Shown in pieces: positions 37,638-49,605 of a stretch of DNA of 63,985 bases; the first letter of the stretch is position 1; each line of letters starts with the position of its first letter. Source of the DNA: Octopus bimaculoides (taxonomy: Eukaryota). The translations under genes and the position numbers were made by a program. Location of the stretch: contig NC_068983.1 of NCBI RefSeq assembly GCF_001194135.2, positions 35,496,928 through 35,560,912 of the forward strand, in the 5' to 3' direction. The notes beneath the pieces were generated by a model. The model saw only the letters and a program-made list of their open reading frames with translations, made no database searches and was not told where the DNA came from.

Positions 37638-39148
37638 TAATAGGTTTAAATATGAGTTTCTTATGAAATCATCTTTTATCATTTCATGTTACTTGTTTCA
37701 GCCATGCTGGAGCGCCACTTTGAAGAATTTTAGTCAAACAAATTGACTTATGATCTTTTTGTAAAGCCTGGTACTTATTCTATCAATTTCTTTTGCAAAA
37801 ACACTAAGTTACAGGGATGTAAACACACCTACTCTGGTTGTCCAGTGGTGAGAGACAAACAATCACAAAGACGGCACCTAAAATACACCATTTTAAGCGT
37901 GGCCGTTGCCAGTACCGCCTGACTGGCCTTCGAGCGAGATCGTTGCCAGTGCCCCTGGGCTGGCTCTTGTGCAGGTGGCACCTAAAATACACTATTTTGA
38001 GTGTGGCCGTTGCCAGTACCGCCTGACTGGCCTTCGTGCCGGTGGCACATAAAAGCACCCACTACACTCTCGGAGTGGTTGGTGTTAGGAAGGGCATCTA
38101 GCTGTAGAAACTCTGCCAAATCAGATTGGAGCCTGGTGTAGCCATCTGGTTCACCAGTCCTCAGTCAAATCGTCCAACCCATGCTAGCATGGAAAGCAGA
38201 CGTTAAACGATGATGATATATGATGGGCTTCTTTCAGTTTCCCTCTACCAGATCCACTCACAAGGATTTGGTTGACCCAAATCTATAGTAGAAGACACTT
38301 GCCCAAATTGCCATGTAGCAAGACTGAACCAGAAACCATGTGGTTGGGATGCAGACTTCTTTCCACACAGCTATACCTGTGCCTATATTAATATTTACTG
38401 TAGTGTTTAATGTTCAGACACTGTTTATGAGCTTGTCATGTACGCTGGTGATGTGTGTGTGTGTATTGTATGTTTTTCCTTCCTAGCATAGGCTGAAGGG
38501 AATTCTTTGTGGCAGGAATTTACAGCCAGATGTGCTTCCTGTTGCCAACAATTACCCGTTTTTCAAATAAGGGGTACTTTTTGTTATTTCGCAGCTCCTA
38601 AAATCTACAGAGTGTAAACATTATATCATTGTTTCACCCAGATAGGACAAGCAAAGCCATAAAAGTTAAGTCACACAATCATATACACATATGCAACAGG
38701 TTTCTGTACAGTTTCTTCCTACCAAACTCACTCACTTTTATAGCCTAGGTCTATAAAAGATATTTGTCTAAGGAGCCTTGCTGAAGGACTGAGCCTGAAA
38801 CTATGTGGTTGTAGAGCAAGCAACCTTCTTAACCAAACAACCATAGGTATCTTCATATAAACATTTAACCCTTTAGCATTTAAACCAGCCATATCTGGCC
38901 CAAATATTCTACCTGTTTTGTGTTCAAAATGGTTAGATTTGGCCTCTTGTGCCTACCCTTTAATGTCATTCTAAAAATAAACATTCACATCATCAAAATC
39001 TTGAAGCTCTGACATAATACATCATTAATTCAAAACAATGTGAATAAATAAGCATAGCATTTGACAGAGAAATCTGAATGCTAAAGGGTTAAGAAAAAAC
39101 AATTATTTAAATTGAGATTGTTTTGAAAATGTTCTTCCATTTTTACAG

Positions 39149-39317
39149 TCCATCCTTCCTCTGCTCAAATCGGATCTTCTCACAGTCTGCACTGCCTGCG
39201 TCAACGGTACACTGCAACATACCATGCCAGAATTTGATGCTGCATCCAAAGTCCTTGGTGTTGTCGTCGTTAGTGGAGGCTATCCTGGTTCATATAAGAA
39301 AAATCTTCCACTCACAG
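39149..39317 (+). CDS. GART: GART exon 10 (SILPLLKSDL...SGGYPGSYKKNLPLT)
   Basis: AG/GT, phase 0/1. Confidence 0.95.
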
Positions 39318-41306
39318 GTAATGCTCTTTTTGTTCTTGTTAATGACTCATGTGGTGTGTATTCGAGTCCAGAGTCTGAATTACTATCTCATTACGATTTC
39401 AAGAGTCAACTCAAAAGCCTAATTATTTTCCCACTATGCAGTATAATTGTTATGTCATACCTAAACCACATTTAGAATTATAGACTATATTCAGTTTTTC
39501 TGTCTGATTGATAAATCATTCAACAAATAAACAAGGCATACTCTTTACCAGTGGTTCTTAACTAGGGTCCAGATGACCTTTGCGAGTCTAAGGTTTTGTT
39601 GTTAAAATTTATGTGCAATAAATTGGTTATACACAAAATATTTTAACAATTTTGTGACATAATTCCTATTAATGTTACTAAAAATGGTAGGATTTTTTAA
39701 ACATAGAATAGCTATGAGGGTCCAGTGGAGTAAATGGATAGAAAAAATCCTGAGTGAGGAACTGTAAAGATATGTAAATCATCATCATCATCGTTTAACG
39801 TCCACTTTCCATGCTGGCATGGGTTGGACGGTTTGACTGAGGGCTGGCGAGCCAGAAGGCTGCACCAGGCACCAATCTGATCTGGCAAGGTTTCTACAGC
39901 TGGATGCTCTTCCTAACGCCAACCACTCCGATAGTGTAGTGAGTGCTTTTGTGTGTCACCAGCACAAGGGCCAGTCAGGCGATACTGGCATCAACCACGC
40001 TCAAATGGTGCTTTTTACATGCCACCTGTACAGAAGCCAGTCCAGCTGCACTGGTAACAACTATGCTCGGATGGTGTTTTTTATGTGCCACCTACACAGG
40101 AGCCAGTCAGGTGACGCTGGCAACAATCACACTTGAGTGGCGCTGTTTACATGCCACTGGGCACGGGAGCCAGTCAGTGGTCCTGGCAACGATCATGCAC
40201 GAATGATGCTTTTAATGTTCCACTGGCACGGATGCCAATCAGGCGGTACTATCATCAGCCACAACAAAGATTTCACTTGTCTCAACAGGTCTTCGCAAGC
40301 ATAGTGTATTGTCCAATGATTGAAGGGTACTCTTAAATGGGCTGATTATACAGCACTGGCATAGGCCAGAGAATTATCATATGAGTTAACAAAATTAAGC
40401 AGAATCTGTTGCTCTTTAACATATAAATTCAAATTACAGGTAATTTAAATAAAAATAATGCATTTCATAAAATTAAACTATATGACTTTCCAATGCCTAT
40501 AATTATCTTTATGGCAAAGAATTTTTGAATTTCATCCAGGCATACAGAAGTGCATTATTTGTTGTCTTTTTTTCTTTGTTTATATTTTACAGAGCATTTA
40601 GTCTCTGCAGTTCTATTCACCTCAAAATGTCATCTGATTACCTCATCACCACTATATATCTCTTCTGCTACTAATTCATTTCTCATGCTCTCCTAAATGT
40701 GAGTAGCCATGTAGCTCCCCTATAAAAAGAACCTGCTGTCCCACTCCCTTCTCTCATACTTTAACTGTCACCTGCTAGTATAAAACCCCATCCACTGGGG
40801 TTTTGTAGGCTTGCAAGCTTTATGAAGGCCTCACTAGTGCCTGTGGCATAAAAGCTCCCAGTATACATTAATGTGGTCACTGTTACTAAATCTGAATAAT
40901 TTTACCTAAACTTTGAACCAGAGGAATGTGCCAAGCTCCTATGCCTACTTTGGCAAGGTTTTTATGACTGAATGCCTTTCCTAATGCCAACCACTTTATA
41001 GAGTCTACTGGGTGGTTTTTACATGACACTGGCTCCAGTGAGCTCACCAAGTAACTCAAGACAAATCTACTCAGATGGGAGGAGATGTAATATTGAGGGA
41101 GGTGGCTTTGTACCAGGTGATGAGAGGTTCAAGTATGGTAGACAGACAGATATAACAGATGTCTTGCTGTTGGGGAAAATACATGTTTATTTCATTTAGG
41201 AAAAAGGGAGATGATATGTTTTATGTCCATTTTCATTTAAATATTACGTTTTTGCATTTGTTTTGCAAGATTCTTGATGTGGAATCATGTGTTGAAACAT
41301 GTTTCA

Positions 41307-41703
41307 GGATGGTCTTCTTTTTTTTTTCTCCTTTTTTATGCCAAATAAATGCACACACTATATATGCGTCCTTCACTTCAGGTTTATTATTGCTTTTGTT
41401 TTAGTGTCCTTTGTCTGAAATCTTTCGTCACACATCCTGTGACCTCTTCAGTGACTCTCCATCTCAAGTGTCTCTTCCTGTCCTGTTTAGTCTGTTCTAA
41501 AAAAGGCGGAATGGACTAAACAGGATAGGAGGAGACATAAGGGAAGGAGAGTCACTGAAGAGGTCACAGGACATGTGACAAAAGATTTCAGACAAATGGC
41601 ACTAAAATAATAATAATAATAATAATAACAACAACAACAAAGCTGAAGTGAAGAATGAGTATATACTGAATGTGTTTATTTAACAAAAAAAAAATGACCA
41701 TCC
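41307..41703. mobile_element. ~400-bp foldback element with a hammerhead-like core in each arm
   Basis: The arms are imperfect reverse complements from GGATGGTC to GACCATCC; CTGAAGA cores at 41451-41445(-) and 41555-41561(+). Confidence 0.75.
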
Positions 41704-41807
41704 CAAAATAATATTCATTTAAATAGGAATTATTAAATTCAGTTTGACATTTCGGTAACAAAAAGGCTCATAAATTTTTTATACTTTTCTTTTTTTTTGT
41801 GTTTTAG

Positions 41808-42024
41808 GTCTTGAAGAAGCTGAGGCATCTGGAGTGACTGTTTTCCATGCTGGTACATCTCTCCAAGATGGACAATTAGTGACTTCAGGTGGTCGAGTTT
41901 TGGCAGTGGTGGCTAAAGAAAAAGATTTTCAGTCAGCTTCTGACAAAGCACAGAAGGGGGCATCTTTGATTAAGTTCACTGATGCATTTTATCGAAGGGA
42001 TATTGGACACAAGATTCTTTCAAG
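41808..42024 (+). CDS. GART: GART exon 11, end of the GARS domain (VFHAGT...GGRVLAV...FYRRDIGHKILS)
   Basis: AG/GT, phase 1/2. Confidence 0.97.
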
Positions 42025-43354
42025 GTAAATTGTCACTTCAGTGAATTTCTGATTTAACAGCTGCACTTTTGCTGCATCCACCTATGATTGCAGCAACAAC
42101 TACTACATAAACAAATGCATTATCTGAAAGATAAAAATTTTTTCCTATTAACATTTTTTTCTCTTTAATTTCTTTAGGTAAATAGATATTAACGTGAAAA
42201 TCATAACTTTTTAAAATAGACTGATTGGAATTAAATTTTTAATCAATATTCTACTGAATATTGGAAGAATAAGCATAATTTCATATGTATCCCTATGTAA
42301 GAGGTGAATTGACAGTCATAAGAGCATCTGACAAAATGTTTCGTGATATTTGTTTTGGTTCTTTGCACTCTAAGTTCAAATCTCGGTGAGGTTAATTTTC
42401 TTTCATCCTGTCAAGGTCTATAAAAAAATATACTGATCCAGCATGATGGATTGCCAGAACTGTAAGAATGCTAGACCAAATGTCTTTGTGGCTTTTAACC
42501 TTTCTTAGAAACCTTTATGAAAGTAGTGGGGAGTGATTCTATCATTAATGTATAATCATTAGCCTTGCAGTGAATATTGGAGTCTTTTCATTTTGTATCT
42601 CTTACTTAATTTGAAAGAGACAAATTACTTTGTATCTCTTACTTAATAGTTAACTTAGAAAAATAAATTAATAATAATACAAAACAGTAATTACTGTACT
42701 ATTAATTGTGACCAGATTTTGAGGGGGAAATATGAGGACTGTGTGATTCTTGATTCCAACCTAATTGTCATCATCGTCATTGTCTAATGAATCTAGAAAT
42801 TCAGCATAGCGTTTGCCTAAAGAGATATTTAGTTTTCTGATTCTTTTTGTTACAGATATATTTTATTACACGCATCTATTTAATTCATTACATATCCACA
42901 TATCTCTATAGTTCATCAAATATACCCACATATTTGTACAATAGTTTGTTTCATATCCACATATCGCTTTAGCTTGTTGCATATATATAGGCACAGGAGT
43001 AGCTGTGTGGTAAGTAGCTTGCTTACCAACCACATGGTTCTGAGTTTGGTTCCACTGCATGGCACTTGGGCAAGTGTCTTCTACTATATCCTCAGGCTGA
43101 CCAAAGCTTTGTGAGTGGATTTGGTAGATGGAAACATATATATATATATATGTGTGTGTCTGTGATTCTCCCCCCACCATCACTTGACAACTGATGTTGG
43201 TGTGTTTATGTCCCTGTAACTTGGTGGTTCAGCAAAAGAGACTGATAGAATAAGTACTAGGCTTACAAAGAATAAGTTCTGGGGTTGATTTGTTTGACTA
43301 AAGGCAGTGCTCCAGCATGGCCACAGTCAAATGACTAAAACAAATAAAAGAATG

Positions 43355-43915
43355 AAGGGGTTGGACAAAATAATGGAAGCACCTTAAAATTTCAAACAAA
43401 TTTATTTTGATTTGTGATGGGACTGCATTTGGCAGTAATTACAGCTTGAATTCTACAAGGTATGAACTCAAACAAAGTTTGAATTGTTTCCAAAGGAATT
43501 TTTGTCTATTCTTCAGCTAAAACAGTCTCCAGTTCTTGTAGTGATGATGGGGGAGGATATCGACTGCTTACTTTTTTTTGTTTCGATGAGGTGGTTTTTC
43601 CCTCTTTCTCAAAGGCTGTCATTACTATCAAGACAGTACTTCTTGATACACCAAACATTTTGGCTGTTTTCGTTACGTTAGCACCTGCCATACAAGCACC
43701 AATAATTTGACCTCTTTGAAAGTCTGATAGATATGTCATTTTAATGAATTTTAATTACCTTTTTCTGATATCTGAAAAGAAACAGCAATTTTAGCAAAAC
43801 ATTAAGCAACACTAGTAATAAATCAAAAAACATAAAAATAAACAAGCTTTTGATGGTTTTATAGATATCTAAAAATTATGATGCTAGATGTTTCCATTAT
43901 TTTGTCCAACTCCTG
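43355..43915 (-). mobile_element. Internally deleted Tc1 element (HTH fragment)
   Basis: LSDFQRGQIIGA..AGANVTKTAKMFGVSRSTV; TIRs GGGGTTGGACAAAATAATGGAA at both ends, with TA on the right. Confidence 0.85.
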
Positions 43916-46619
43916 TATATATACAAACACATGCATGTGCATATATATGCTGGTGCTTTTGAAGGTTGTAGGAAGTTTGGAATAAAGTTTTTATTGTCTT
44001 CCAGTTTTTCCATATATTGATTATGTTAGCATTCAGATCATATTAGATATTGTAAACACCTTGAGACAGAAAATGAGATTCTTGTTCTGAGACCTGTCAG
44101 TAGGCCTGTTGAACTCTTCCATTGTCAAATCGATTCATATAATGTATAATATCATTTACATTAAAATCTTAACTGCCAGTTTGCGTGTGTGTGTGCATGC
44201 TTTTAACTTTCTGATCACTGATTTTTCTCATTCACATAAGCTAGAATCTATTATCTTCTGTTTTCTTATTTGACATCACAGAAAGTTGCATTGTTTCTAC
44301 ATTGTTTTAACATCTCTTTGTCCATGATGCAGAGAAATACCATCATTCTCCTTTACCACATGTCACTTCACCTGTAAAACACATTTTCAAACCTGACCTA
44401 AACATCTTTTTCTTTTCCTCTCTCATGTCATTAGTCTTCTTTTGCCATGGATACCTTCTTCTCTTAATGCATGGCATTCAAAGTAGTTTTCACATTATAC
44501 TTGCATATCTAAATCATTTGTGTCCTATCTGTGATCCAGTAATTCTAGTTGCAAAATATGAGGTTATGATCTGATAAAATTATGACCAATCTATTATTGA
44601 TTGTTCATCGGCATGCTTTTCTCTCTGGTGTTTGTTTGTTATGTAACCTACCTGCTAAAACTGCAGATGCTTTGGTCTCGATCACAGGTAGCAAAGGATA
44701 TTTGTTATCTGTATTTAGTATTTTTATTTCAGTATTCTCCCAATGTCCCTTACTTCATTGAGTGAATGTACACCCAGCAATTCTTGCATAATAAGGTTAT
44801 TTAGGTACTTGTGAATGAATACATACATAACTAGAAATAGATGAATGTATGTATATGATGTAGTGCATGTATAAAATGAAAATTTATAGTTCATTAAAAT
44901 GTTACATAAAGTGAAAAATACTGACAATGACTGCTTGCAATTCCAAATCATTTCATCACTAGATATATCTATTTCTTTGTGAACAACTTCATTTAAAAAA
45001 TGAAATCTCCATAAGTTCATAGTAAATTAGGAGCAAATAAATTTCTGTATTAAAAGAATATTGTCTTTGTTTTCTTTTTCTTTGATTATCTAATATGATA
45101 AATGCAAAAACTAATTTCTGTGTGTCACACTTAGATCCCCCTCTCTCACTATTCAATGACACTCCTACTATTCCTCATAATGGGGGTGAGAGTAACAGTA
45201 GGCATAGAGACAGTGAGGGTGGTGATGAAGACAGACAGAAAGAGAGAGAAAGAAAAAGAAGGAGAGAAAGAGAGACAAAGAAATTTAGGAAGAGTTGATG
45301 TTTTATTAAAAGTAGTAGTGTTGATGGTGGCAGTGGGAAGTAAAAGAGAAAGAAAGAGGGAGATGATGTACAACTTTGTTTAACCATGTCTCTTTGACAA
45401 ATTCCTATGGGCAACATACTGAACACTGCCATTTTTGTTTTATTTTTTGCTTTCTTTAATACACACACACACGTACACATAAAATGCACTTTAATTGTTT
45501 CTCCAAAATTAAACATATCTAATATAATAAATGTGAATGTCAGTGTGTCACACTTTTTCAATTTTAATAAATTCTTTCTGCTAGAAGCACAAGGCCTCAA
45601 ATTTTGGGGGAAGAGATTAAGTCAATTCCATCAACACCAGTTCATAACTGGTACTAATTTTTATTGAACGTGAAAGGATGAAAAGCAAAGTCAACCTCAG
45701 CGGAATTCAAGCACAAAATCTAACAGCAGATGAAATACAGCTAAGCATTTTGCTCAGCATGCTAACAGTTCTGCCAGCTCACCGCCTTAATATAATAATA
45801 ATATCATAAATGTAAATGTCAGTGTGTCACACTTTTTCAACTTTACTCATGGAGGCTGCAGCCCAACATATTATACCATTTATGGTATGGTATGTCAGGC
45901 TGACTCCATGAGTAAATGAAAAACATTCCAAGCCGAATCCAGACTCCACAATCCTGAAGTTTTGGATTCCCAAGTTTTCATTACTGTAATTGTTTTCAGC
46001 AGTTTTCTTTTTTGGGGATTTTTGCAACAAATTCTTTTGTATGATAACAATTTTTATTATCTAAAGGCTAACTCTGTGAGTAAATTAAAAATAATCCGGA
46101 CCTGCAATCCTGAAATTTTGGATTCCCAAGTTTTCATTACTGTGATAGTTTTTGGCAATTTTTTTTACATGACTTTTTGTGACGAATATGATCATTAGGA
46201 AATTACACTGGAGGAAGCAATTGCAACAAATTCTTCAAAACAGATCTTTGCAGATCTTCCCATTCAGGGTCAGATGCTCAAAAGCTATATACTAGCTAAT
46301 ATGATATATGTGTGTGCATATTTAATATATTTCAGTGTTAAAGACCTTTGAACTACCTTCACACCCACATTCCATTATGTTACTGAGACATAACAGAAAC
46401 TTCATCTTTATTCACTGGGATACATTGGAATGGTTTTTACCATTTCCAAGCTAGTGGGTAGAGTTCATCACTATAATCTAACAAAGCTTCCAACTATTTA
46501 AAGTACAATATGCTAACTATTTATAGCTGGTACTCTGTCCATTACAATGATGAGCGTTCTAGTTGATCCAGTCAATGGAACATCCTGCTTGTGAAATTAA
46601 CGTGCAAGTGGCTGAGCAT

Positions 46620-46655
<36 letters not shown>

Positions 46656-47086
46656 TACTTTTAATGTAGTTCTCAGAGAAATTCAACGTGACCCAGAATA
46701 TCACAAGGCTGGCTCTTTGTGAATTACAGTTAAAACTTGTTTTTTGCCAGCTGAGTGGACTATAGCAATGTGAAATAAAGTATCTTTTTCAAGTACAACA
46801 ACACACAGCCAGGAATCAATACTTCCTTGTACTACCAGCAAGAGTTTAGTAACTTCTTTTTTGTTTTAGTGCAACACAGATGACTGAATGCAAACTATCA
46901 ATTTAGAAGCCACCTTGTTGACTCAGCTAACTGCTATTTTAAAACTTTTTAAAAACGTAAAACATTTTGACATCCAAGAGTACTGTAGTTCGCTTGAAGC
47001 ATTGTGTATTGTTTGTAAAATATAATGTGTCTTGAAAGGCACAGCATTAGACTATAATAGCTGTTATAATTTAATTATCCATAGTC

Positions 47087-47136
47087 TGATATAATAATAA
47101 TATTTCGGAATACAAAAATTCCTTCTTCAGATATCA
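47087..47136 (-). ncRNA. Type I hammerhead ribozyme with an intact catalytic core (antisense to GART)
   Basis: UGAUAU-CUGAAGA-A-GGAAU(uuuugu)AUUCC-GAA-AUA(uuau)UAU-U^AUAUCA; stems I, II and III all pair. Confidence 0.7.
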
Positions 47137-49379
47137 CTAGGAATTGTTCGAGTCAATTTCGGTGGAGGGAGTAAGTTGATTGCATTGACCCTTGTACCCA
47201 ACTGGCACTTAGTTTATCAACCCGGAAAGGATGAAATGCAAAGTCGTCTTTGGTGGAATCACAACTCAGAACTTAAAAATGGACGAAATGCCACTAAACA
47301 TTTTGTCCGGTGTGCCAACGATTCTGCCAGCTCTACTTTAATATTAGTTATATAATGAGGGAAATATAGTCCTTTGTTGTTATTATAGTGCATTATTGTA
47401 CCATTCAAGACCTATTATATTTTACTTTGACATCCATTTTTGCATTGAAAATGCTGGAGTGTAAAAGTAGTTGATGCTGCCAATGGAAGAGTTCAAAAAG
47501 GAATTTAGACCACTAAAAACTGGATTTTGCAAGATCTGTCATTAAGGAGTTTACTTTGCAACCACGGGGTTTCAGGTTCAGTCCCTTTGTGTGGCACCTT
47601 GGGCAAGTGTCTTCTACTACAATCATGAATTAACCCTTGTGAGTGAATTCAGTCGATGGAAACTATAGGAAGCCTGTGATGTGTGTGTGTTGCACGCACC
47701 TATGGAATTGTACCTGGATGCTGACATCTGGTTTTACTTGAGTGAAACAGTAATACGTTTACATTCCTTGTCGACATTATGACTGGTTGCTCTGCACCTT
47801 TCAAAGATCTGGCATACGAAATCCTTTACTTGAAAAACAGTTAAGGGTTGGTAACAGAAAGAGCATCCAGCTGTAAAAACCTGCCTCAAATACATTCCCA
47901 TTTAAACCTTTAAGCCATGCTAGCATAAAAAAAGCAGGTATTGAACAAATGAACATGAAGAATTATGATGTACTGTTTAAAGATTTGTTTAACTCATTCA
48001 TGCCAGTGTAGAAAAATGAAAAAGTATAAACTGACAATTTATATTGGGTAGATTTGAAAATTCAAATATTCTACTTGAAGCGTTGAAATTGCTTTAGAAT
48101 TCAATTCAATATTTGTATAAATTTCAATTACTCTGCTCTGAAATCGAAAAGGCTACTGAGTTTTCTCAGTTAGGTGAGGTAAGATGAGTAAAATAATGTT
48201 TCTTGCTTGTGAAAACATCAAGAGATAGGATTTCATAACTGTCAATTTTTGAAACCAATATTATTTGAAAATATTCAAGCTTTGGAAAATTTGGTGCGGT
48301 TCGCCATTATATTGCAATCATTTTCAAAATTGTTTAAAATTTTCATTTTATGCAACAAGCTTGTTTTTGTATTGCTTCATATAATGATATATATATTATA
48401 TTAACCACATAATATTAATTTATATTAATAGTGTGTGTCACGTTTGTTTATTTTTATTTTTTAAGTAAACATTGATTTCTTTCTTCATTAGCATCTGTAT
48501 AGAAAATGATATAAAGCAACATAAGGAAAGATGTTTCAACCTGAAAAAGCAAAGCCTTTTTGGTTTTTTGTTTGTTTTCAATGCCAAGATAATTTGAATA
48601 ATAGCGATTTTATTTGTATCTTAGAACAGAACTCATTGACACAGATCTTTCAGCAGTGAATTGAAGATTTTCCCTTTAGTATATTGCTGAGACTATGAAT
48701 ATGCTTTCTCTATTGACAATAATATTATTAATTGCTAAGTCTTGACTTGTAATCCATAAGGTCCTTTGGTTATACCTTAACTGGAGAAGGCAAAAAGAGA
48801 CCATTCAGGTGTTCTTTCTACTCTTTTAAGTTTTGTGATATGCACACATATTTTTGCAAAGGATTTGCTGATCACTGTCAATGGTATGATTTATATTATT
48901 TGTTGGCAATGAATGGGTGCTCTGTGCTTTTGAAGAACCATAGAATACAAAAGTACTCCTTGATAAAACACTTGCAGTTTGGTGTCAGGAAGAGGCTCTA
49001 GTCATAAAATCTTGCCTTGAATCAGTCTCTTCCATTCTGTGTTAGTGTTGAAAAACAAATATTAAACAAATGATTTTTCCCCAGTAATAAACATGTCTTG
49101 TGTTGAGTTCTTGTAAGTATGCAAATCTGGAAATGTTAGGATAATTTTAATTTATATTTCATGGGATCATAAACTTAGACATTATCTTTAATCATGAAGA
49201 TGCACTGTAAATTGGGCCTTTTGCTGCCATGAACCTACAAACTATATACTTGTTTAAAATGAATGCATAGTATGTGCAAGCATTGTATTACTCTGCCTTT
49301 CCTTTCACTATAAAAACATATTTCTCAGAAGTTTTTTAATGAAGAAGCTTAAAGGTTAAAACACATTGTTACGTTTCAG

Positions 49380-49605
49380 GGGTGTCCAGAACTTTAATAG
49401 TTTGTCCTATAAAGCAGCTGGTGTTGATATTACTGCTGGAAATTCTCTTGTTGAGTTAATCAAGCCATTAGCTAAGGCTACCCAAAGGGAAGGCTGTGAA
49501 GCTGCATTGGGCTCCTTTGGCGCTATATTCAACCTACATCAAGCAAAGTACACAGAGGAACCTTTACTTGTGTCAGCCACAGATGGTGTTGGGACAAAGC
49601 TCAAG
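49380..49605 (+). CDS. GART: GART exon 12, start of the AIRS (PurM) domain ([10 protein letters not shown]...[10 protein letters not shown])
   Basis: AG/GT, phase 2/0. Confidence 0.97.
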
